IMG/VR virus record: IMGVR_UViG_3300044513_002991
Coordinates: 1-31,868 of that record
Origin: a virus
Taxonomy: Duplodnaviria > Caudoviricetes
DNA: 31,868 nucleotides
Reading direction: 5' to 3' (one strand)
Made by a program: the position numbers and the translations under genes. Below, piece by piece: positions 26,239-31,868 of the stretch; the stretch's first letter is position 1, and every line of letters starts with the position of its first letter. Under the pieces are notes generated by a model that did not search any database, had not been told where the DNA came from, and saw only the letters and a program-made list of their open reading frames with translations.

Positions 26239-27083
26239 TGGCAAAACCATCAACACGCCAAGAACTAATTGACTATTGTCTTAGGCGTTTAGGTGCTCCA
26301 GTATTGGAAATTAATGTAGACGACGACCAGATTGATGATTTGGTTGATGATGCTCTTCAGTATTTCCAAGAAAGACACTTTGATGGTGTCGAAAGGATGT
26401 ATTTAAAGTATCAAATTAGTCAAGAAGACATTGATAGAGGTAGAGGTAGAAATACTAATGGAGTTGGTATTGTAACTACAAGTGCAACATCAACTTCTAT
26501 CGCTGGATATGGTACAACAACATCAAACTTTTACGAAACATCAAATTTCATTCAAATTCCAGATTCTGTAATTGGAATTGAAAAGATTTTTAGATTTGAT
26601 ACCAGTGCAATATCTGGTGGTATGTTTAGTATCAAATATCAGTTATTCTTAAACGACTTATATTATTTTAACTCAGTAGAACTTCTTCAATATGCGATGG
26701 TTAAGTCGTATCTGGAAGATATTGACCATTTATTGACCACAGATAAGCAAGTTAGATTTAATAAGAGACAGGATAGATTATATCTAGATATTGATTGGAA
26801 AGCACAAAATGTTGGGGATTATATAGTTATTGATTGCTATAGAATTTTAGACCCCAACACATTCACTGGAGTATATAATGATAGTTTCTTAAAGAAATAC
26901 TTGACTGCTCTCATTAAGAGACAGTGGGGACAAAATCTCATCAAGTTTAATGGAGTTAAACTCCCTGGTGGTATTGAGTTGAATGGTAGACAAATATATG
27001 ATGATGCTGAAAAAGAATTAGCAGACATTCAATCAAGAATGTCTATGGATTATGAACTTCCTCCTTACGACTTTATTGGATAA
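26238..27083 (+). CDS. gp13: Neck protein gp13
   Basis: 281 aa; ELIDYCLRRLGAPVLEINVDDDQIDD and KKYLTALIKRQWGQNLIKFNGVKLPGGIELNGRQIY motifs of T4 gp13. Confidence 0.95.
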   Translation: MAKPSTRQELIDYCLRRLGAPVLEINVDDDQIDDLVDDALQYFQERHFDGVERMYLKYQISQEDIDRGRGRNTNGVGIVTTSATSTSIAGYGTTTSNFYETSNFIQIPDSVIGIEKIFRFDTSAISGGMFSIKYQLFLNDLYYFNSVELLQYAMVKSYLEDIDHLLTTDKQVRFNKRQDRLYLDIDWKAQNVGDYIVIDCYRILDPNTFTGVYNDSFLKKYLTALIKRQWGQNLIKFNGVKLPGGIELNGRQIYDDAEKELADIQSRMSMDYELPPYDFIG

Positions 27084-28456
27084 TGGCATTAAATCCCTTT
27101 TTTCTACAAGGCTCTTACGGAGAGCAACGACTTGTACAGGAGTTGATTAACGAGCAACTCAAGATTTATGGTGTAGAAGTAACATATATCCCAAGAAAGT
27201 TTGTAAGAAAACAAACTATTATTGAGGAGATACAATCATCGACTTTTGATGATAACTTTTTGTTGGAAGCATACATTAATAACTTTGATGGTTATAGTGG
27301 TGCTGGTGATATCATGACAAAGTTTGGTGTTAGTATTAGAGATGAGTTATCTTTAACTATTTCAAAGGAAAGATTTGAAGACTTTATTTCACCATTTCTT
27401 AATGGTATGGAAGATGATGAAATTGAAGTCTCTTCTAGACCTAGAGAAGGAGATTTAATTTATTTTCCACTGGGTCAAAGAATATTTGAAGTAAAATTTG
27501 TAGAGCATGAGCAACCTTTTTACCAACTAGGTAAAAACTACGTTTATGAACTGAAATGTGAGCTCTTTGAATATGAGGACGAGGTTATTGATACTACTGT
27601 TGATGAAATCAGTGATGTCCTTGACCAAACTGGTTATATTGTAGACCTTACACTATTCTCTAGTGGAACAGTAGCAAATGCTTCCGCCACTATCAATACT
27701 GGATATATTAGAAGAATTTTCTTAGACAATGATGGGTCCGGATATACCAGCACACCAACGGTTGCAATAACAACAGCACCATCTGGTGGAGTAGATGCAA
27801 CAGCAGTTGCAATAACAACCACAAGAAATAAAGTAACTTCAATTAAAGAAATTCTAATAACAAATGCTGGTGCTGGATATACTGTAGCACCAACAATTAC
27901 AATTAGTGGTGGTGGTGGCACTGGTGCTGCTGCTACATGTGGTATTAATACTTCTTCTAGTGGTGTGATTTCTATTGTTGTAACTGGTGGTGGTGCAGGA
28001 TACTCTACTGCTCCTTTGGTAACAGTTGCTGGTCCTGGATCTGGTACTACTGCAATCGGAAGAGCTGTCGTAAGTGCTGCTGGCACAATATCCAACATTT
28101 ATGTAATTAATCCAGGTGATGGATATACAACCACACCAACAGTAACAATTGGTGCTGCTGCTACCACTGGTATTGGTACATTCTGGAGAAATGAAGTTGT
28201 TACTGGTTCTAGATCTGGTGCAACAGCAAGAGTTAAGAGATGGGTGAAGAGTACAAATACTTTGCAGGTTGGCATCACATCTGGTACTTTCTATCCAGGT
28301 GAGTTAATTACTGGTGCGAAATCTGATGCAAAATATGAAATTAATGTATCAATAGCAAACACAACTATTGATAAATACAGTCAAAATGATCAAATCGAGT
28401 TTGAAGCAGACAATATACTCGACTTTACAGAATCAAATCCTTTTGGTAACTATTAA
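27083..28456 (+). CDS. gp14: Neck protein gp14 with Gly/Thr-rich insertion
   Basis: 457 aa; EQRLVQELINEQLKIYG.EV.YIPR, RPREGDLIYFP, FEVKFVEHEQPFYQLGK and the C-terminal DFTESNPFG. Confidence 0.93.
   Translation: MALNPFFLQGSYGEQRLVQELINEQLKIYGVEVTYIPRKFVRKQTIIEEIQSSTFDDNFLLEAYINNFDGYSGAGDIMTKFGVSIRDELSLTISKERFEDFISPFLNGMEDDEIEVSSRPREGDLIYFPLGQRIFEVKFVEHEQPFYQLGKNYVYELKCELFEYEDEVIDTTVDEISDVLDQTGYIVDLTLFSSGTVANASATINTGYIRRIFLDNDGSGYTSTPTVAITTAPSGGVDATAVAITTTRNKVTSIKEILITNAGAGYTVAPTITISGGGGTGAAATCGINTSSSGVISIVVTGGGAGYSTAPLVTVAGPGSGTTAIGRAVVSAAGTISNIYVINPGDGYTTTPTVTIGAAATTGIGTFWRNEVVTGSRSGATARVKRWVKSTNTLQVGITSGTFYPGELITGAKSDAKYEINVSIANTTIDKYSQNDQIEFEADNILDFTESNPFGNY
28370..28377 (+). promoter_or_regulatory. 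Probable intragenic late promoter (GATAAATA) for gp15
   Basis: Consensus match about 80 nt before the gp15 start, inside gp14. Confidence 0.5.
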
Positions 28457-29250
28457 TGTTAGGAACTTATCACTATCACGAAATCATTAGAAAGACAATT
28501 ATTGCCTTTGGCACTCTTTTTAATGATATCCACATTAAACATAAAGATGAAACCAAAGTCATTAGTGACATGAGAGTTCCATTGGCATATGGACCAACTC
28601 AAAAGTTTCTGGCAAAACTTGAGCAACAAGCAGATTTAAATAAACCTATCCAAATTACATTACCTAGGATGTCATTTGAGATGACATCTATTGATTATGA
28701 CGCATCAAGAAAAACTGGAGTTACTCAGACTTTCAGAGCAGTTGATGGTAATACAATGAAAAAAGTATTCATGCCTGTGCCATATAACATTGGATTTGAA
28801 TTATCTATTTTGTGTAAGTTGAATGATGACGCTCTGCAAATTGTTGAGCAGATTCTTCCAAACTTCCAACCAGCATTTAATTTAACAGTTGATTTGGTCG
28901 AATCTATCGGTGAAAAAAGAGATATTCCAATCGTCTTAAATAGCGTATCATTTCAAGACGACTATGAAGGAGATTTTTCCACAAGAAGAGCCTTGATATA
29001 TAGATTACAGTTTACTGCAAAAACTTATCTCTTTGGTCCTATCGCAGACAACCCAGAGGGTCTTATCCGTAAGGTTATTGTCGATAATTATGCAGATACT
29101 GATAGGACAACTGCTAAGAGAGAAATGAGATATACAGTCACACCAGACCCTGTTAACGCAGACCCAGATGATGACTTTGGATTTAGTGAGACATGGGAAT
29201 ATCTTGGTGATTCCAAGTCTTACAGTCCTACACAACAAACTGATATTTGA
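28456..29250 (+). CDS. gp15: Tail sheath stabiliser / tail terminator gp15
   Basis: 264 aa; YHEIIRKTIIAFGTLFNDI, VPLAYGP.QKF, LPRMSFE, QIVEQILP.FQP and DDYEGDF..RR motifs. Confidence 0.95.
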   Translation: MLGTYHYHEIIRKTIIAFGTLFNDIHIKHKDETKVISDMRVPLAYGPTQKFLAKLEQQADLNKPIQITLPRMSFEMTSIDYDASRKTGVTQTFRAVDGNTMKKVFMPVPYNIGFELSILCKLNDDALQIVEQILPNFQPAFNLTVDLVESIGEKRDIPIVLNSVSFQDDYEGDFSTRRALIYRLQFTAKTYLFGPIADNPEGLIRKVIVDNYADTDRTTAKREMRYTVTPDPVNADPDDDFGFSETWEYLGDSKSYSPTQQTDI

Positions 29251-29255
29251 TACTT

Positions 29256-29684
29256 ATGTCTGAATTTGATGCTATTGATGATGCTCTAAATGTAGAGAGC
29301 AGCATTGTTGAGGTTGATGATACTCCAAAGAGTATTACAAAACCTGAGCAAAAGACTGACATATCAAAAGACTATGAGTATACAAGAGCAAATTTATATT
29401 CATTGATTGAAAAAGGACAGGAAGCAATCAATGGCATCATGGAATTAGCAGGTGAAGGTGGAAGTCCAAGAGCATATGAAGTTGCAGGTCAGTTAATCAA
29501 GAGTGTAGCAGATACCACAGATAAATTAATTGACTTACAGAAGAAACTGAAAGATGTAGAAGAGGATGTTGGTAACAAGGGTCCAAGTACTGTTACCAAC
29601 AATGCAGTATTTGTTGGGTCAACAACAGAGTTACAAAAACTACTGAAGCAAGGTTTTCTAAATAATAATAAGACTTCAGAATAA
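29256..29684 (+). CDS. gp16: Terminase small subunit gp16
   Basis: ATG at 29256; DYEYTRANLY...A....SPRAYEVAGQLIK...NNAVFVGSTTELQK motifs of T4-like gp16; follows gp15. Confidence 0.93.
   Translation: MSEFDAIDDALNVESSIVEVDDTPKSITKPEQKTDISKDYEYTRANLYSLIEKGQEAINGIMELAGEGGSPRAYEVAGQLIKSVADTTDKLIDLQKKLKDVEEDVGNKGPSTVTNNAVFVGSTTELQKLLKQGFLNNNKTSE
29657..29664 (+). promoter_or_regulatory. Variant late promoter (TCTAAATA)
   Basis: In the 3' end of gp16, 22 nt before ATG 29687. Confidence 0.55.
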
Positions 29685-29686
29685 TA

Positions 29687-31315
29687 ATGGCAAAGACCTG
29701 TAAAAAGGGATATTACTATTGCTTCACCTCCAAGAGGTGTAAGAAAATTCCTGCTGGGCATCATGTCATGGGATCAGGTCGTTTGATGAAAGACAGTGAG
29801 CATGATGAGAAAAACGGTAGTGAAGAGTCTACTGAAACTCCTAAAAATGGAAATGGTAATGGAGACGGTGGTAATGGTGGGTCAGTAAGTGAAGGATGGT
29901 CGAATAAGTATAAAAAGTCAATCAACTGCGATAATCCAAAAGGATTCTCTCAGCGTGCTCATTGTCAAGGACGCAAAAAGAAAATGAATGAAGGAAAAGA
30001 AAAACAAGATCATGAAGTATCAATGGCAAAAACGCAAGTCAAAAAGTCTATTGATAACCTTAAAAAGGTAGCAAGAGTTCTTGCAAAAAAATCCGATTCA
30101 GACAATCTTCCTGCATGGGTACAGGCAAAACTGACTGATACTGAGCATCATACTGATGCTGCTGCTTCTTATATGACTAATGGTGATGATGTTTCTGAAG
30201 CAGTAAGATTAAAAAATGGTAATATTAAAACGGCAATTGATACAATCAAACAAACAAAAGAATACAAAAAAAATCCTGCACCATTTCATGTTTTTCCATC
30301 TCAAATAAAGTCAGTAGATACTCAATCTTTTGAACCAGAAGGTGAGTTTTTAGAAGAGAAGAAAAAGAAGGGTGGCACTCTTCATAACTGGTTTGGTAAG
30401 TCAAAATCAAAAGATGGCAAACCAGGTTGGGTGCAGTCTGATGGGTCTCCATGTGCCAATGAGCCTGGCGAAACAAAGACACCTAAGTGCTACTCATCCA
30501 GAAGACTTGCTGGTCTGAAGAAGACTGAAGAAGGTAAGAAGAAGATTAGAAGTGCTGATGCACGCAAGAGTAGAAAAGACCCAGGTCAGCAACAAAAGAG
30601 TAGTGGTGCCGCACCAACAATGGTAAGAACTTTCACAGATAAGAAAGATTATAAAAAGCACAAATCAGGAGATTATAGAGAGGGTTTTGAAATGCAAGAA
30701 GCAAGAGATGTAAAAGGTAAGGGTAGTGGTAAGAAAGATGCTTGCTACCATAAGGTCAAGTCACGATATTCTGTTTGGCCAAGTGCATATGCTTCTGGCG
30801 CATTAGTCAAGTGTCGTAAGGTTGGTGCTGCTAACTGGGGCAATTCAACCAGAAAAGAAGGTTTTGAATTTTCAAACTGGAGAGACGATTTCAAAGCACT
30901 TGAGATTGAAACTGTAGATTTGATTAAAGCAGAACCTCTTGTAGTCAATGAAGCAAAGAAGTGCTGGAAAGGTTATGAGAAGAAGGGCACTCAAAAACTC
31001 TTCGGTAAGACTTATAACCGCTGCGTAAAGAAAGAAGAATTTTCTAACTGGAGAGAAGAACTTGCTGAAGGTGCTGCATGGACCAGAAAAGAAGGACAAA
31101 ACAAAAAGGGTGGATTAAACGAAAAAGGACGCAAGTCTTATGAAAGAGAAAATCCTGGTAGTGACCTAAAAGCACCTTCAAAGAAGGTTGGTAATAAGCG
31201 TCGTGCTTCATTCTGTGCAAGAATGAAAGGTATGAAGAAAAAACTTACCTCAAAGAAAACTGCTAACGACCCCAATAGCAGAATCAATAAGTCCCTCAGA
31301 GCCTGGAATTGCTGA
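29687..31315 (+). CDS. Lys-rich multi-module hypothetical protein (putative head-internal polyprotein)
   Basis: 542 aa; short basic Cys/Trp-containing modules joined by acidic linkers ending in hydrophobic-X-E. Composition is unlike the neighbouring structural genes. Confidence 0.75.
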   Translation: MAKTCKKGYYYCFTSKRCKKIPAGHHVMGSGRLMKDSEHDEKNGSEESTETPKNGNGNGDGGNGGSVSEGWSNKYKKSINCDNPKGFSQRAHCQGRKKKMNEGKEKQDHEVSMAKTQVKKSIDNLKKVARVLAKKSDSDNLPAWVQAKLTDTEHHTDAAASYMTNGDDVSEAVRLKNGNIKTAIDTIKQTKEYKKNPAPFHVFPSQIKSVDTQSFEPEGEFLEEKKKKGGTLHNWFGKSKSKDGKPGWVQSDGSPCANEPGETKTPKCYSSRRLAGLKKTEEGKKKIRSADARKSRKDPGQQQKSSGAAPTMVRTFTDKKDYKKHKSGDYREGFEMQEARDVKGKGSGKKDACYHKVKSRYSVWPSAYASGALVKCRKVGAANWGNSTRKEGFEFSNWRDDFKALEIETVDLIKAEPLVVNEAKKCWKGYEKKGTQKLFGKTYNRCVKKEEFSNWREELAEGAAWTRKEGQNKKGGLNEKGRKSYERENPGSDLKAPSKKVGNKRRASFCARMKGMKKKLTSKKTANDPNSRINKSLRAWNC

Positions 31316-31316
31316 T

Positions 31317-31625
31317 ATGAAAAGTTTCGAACAGTTTTTATCCGAAAGTATCACCATCAATGGTGATTTCAATGGCACCCTTAATGTAGGGGGGTCTTCA
31401 TCAGAGCAAGCAAGCGAATCTTATTTCGCTGATGTGGTCTGGGAAGGTAAAATATATAGAATGGAGATTGAAGGTTCTATGCCTTCCAAAAATGAACTAG
31501 CAGAACAACTTCAGGGGGAGTATCCTGGTGCCGTTGTTCATCAAATTTATCCAGCATCTCAAAGTTCAGTAAATATCAAGAGTTCTCAAAGATATCGTCC
31601 AGAAAGATTAAGTTGGAGTGAATAA
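31317..31625 (+). CDS. Putative internal head protein with capsid-targeting leader
   Basis: 102 aa; N-terminus MKSFEQFLSE resembles the T4 IPII/IPIII capsid-targeting sequence MKTYQEFIAE. Confidence 0.7.
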   Translation: MKSFEQFLSESITINGDFNGTLNVGGSSSEQASESYFADVVWEGKIYRMEIEGSMPSKNELAEQLQGEYPGAVVHQIYPASQSSVNIKSSQRYRPERLSWSE

Positions 31626-31868
31626 TGGCTCAGTGGAATAAGAACACACAGGACTTTCTAAACCAAGAAAGAACTCTTTTTGAGGTATTCAATATTGCCG
31701 ACCATTGGGGAAACCAGACAGACTGGAGACCTCAGTTTTCTGACAATAACAGACTAAAGGTTGCTCCTTTCCAAACAGTTTTCTTTAATACCTTCCAGTA
31801 TGGTAAGGAGACTGATGTTTGGGATGAGAGTTTAGTTGGTGTTGCAACTGCTACTCATAATGCCAATT
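31625..31868 (+). CDS. Hypothetical protein, 3'-truncated by the window end
   Basis: TAATG overlap; frame open to the end: MAQWNKNTQDFLNQERTLFEVFNIADHWGNQTDWRPQFSDNNRLKVAPFQTVFFNTFQYGKETDVWDE... Not in the supplied ORF track because it has no stop. Confidence 0.78.
   Translation, partial: MAQWNKNTQDFLNQERTLFEVFNIADHWGNQTDWRPQFSDNNRLKVAPFQTVFFNTFQYGKETDVWDESLVGVATATHNAN

Noticed and set aside
5745-28098. Many 60-154-aa minus-strand ORFs (e.g. 12618-12944, 14130-14519, 27634-28098)
   Set aside because: Nearly all lie antisense to well-supported structural genes. They are the shadows expected from Gly/Thr/Ser/Val-rich coding strands and have no recognisable motifs.
26002-29255. ORF-track TTG starts at 26002 and 29247
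   Set aside because: In-frame ATGs at 26014 and 29256 are more plausible; 26002 lies in the terminator U-tract.
29687-31315. Terminase large subunit gp17 expected after gp16
   Set aside because: No Walker A/B or RNase H-like nuclease motifs; gp17 presumably lies beyond the window.
31568-31575. AGTAAATA as a late promoter for the last ORF
   Set aside because: Two mismatches to the consensus in AT-rich coding DNA, and the ORF is already TAATG-coupled; not enough support.
1-31868. tRNA, rRNA or mobile element
   Set aside because: Intergenic gaps are all under about 65 nt, with no cloverleaf, transposase or integrase signatures seen.

Overview
This window is the virion morphogenesis module of a T4-like myovirus, most likely a marine cyanomyovirus (Synechococcus/Prochlorococcus T4-like phage). 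The host is inferred from gene order and the enlarged baseplate proteins, not seen directly. All credible genes are on the + strand and tightly packed: gp25, gp6, a giant 3954-aa gp7, gp8, a 2356-aa VrlC/DUF4815-like protein, four small ORFs, a repeat-containing fibre protein, a small coiled-coil ORF, gp13, gp14, gp15, gp16, then three accessory ORFs before the expected gp17 (outside the window). T4-type late promoters (NATAAATA/NCTAAATA) punctuate the module. Most notable observations: (1) a small NblA-like (phycobilisome degradation adaptor-like) ORF overlapping its upstream neighbour inside the structural operon; (2) a Lys-rich 542-aa ORF that reads as a polyprotein of small basic modules separated by prohead-protease-type sites, next to an ORF with a T4 capsid-targeting leader; (3) tandem late promoters abutting a GNRA terminator hairpin; (4) a synonymous-codon signature of GTAC and GATC loss. 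All assignments come from motif recognition and synteny; no database searches were run.
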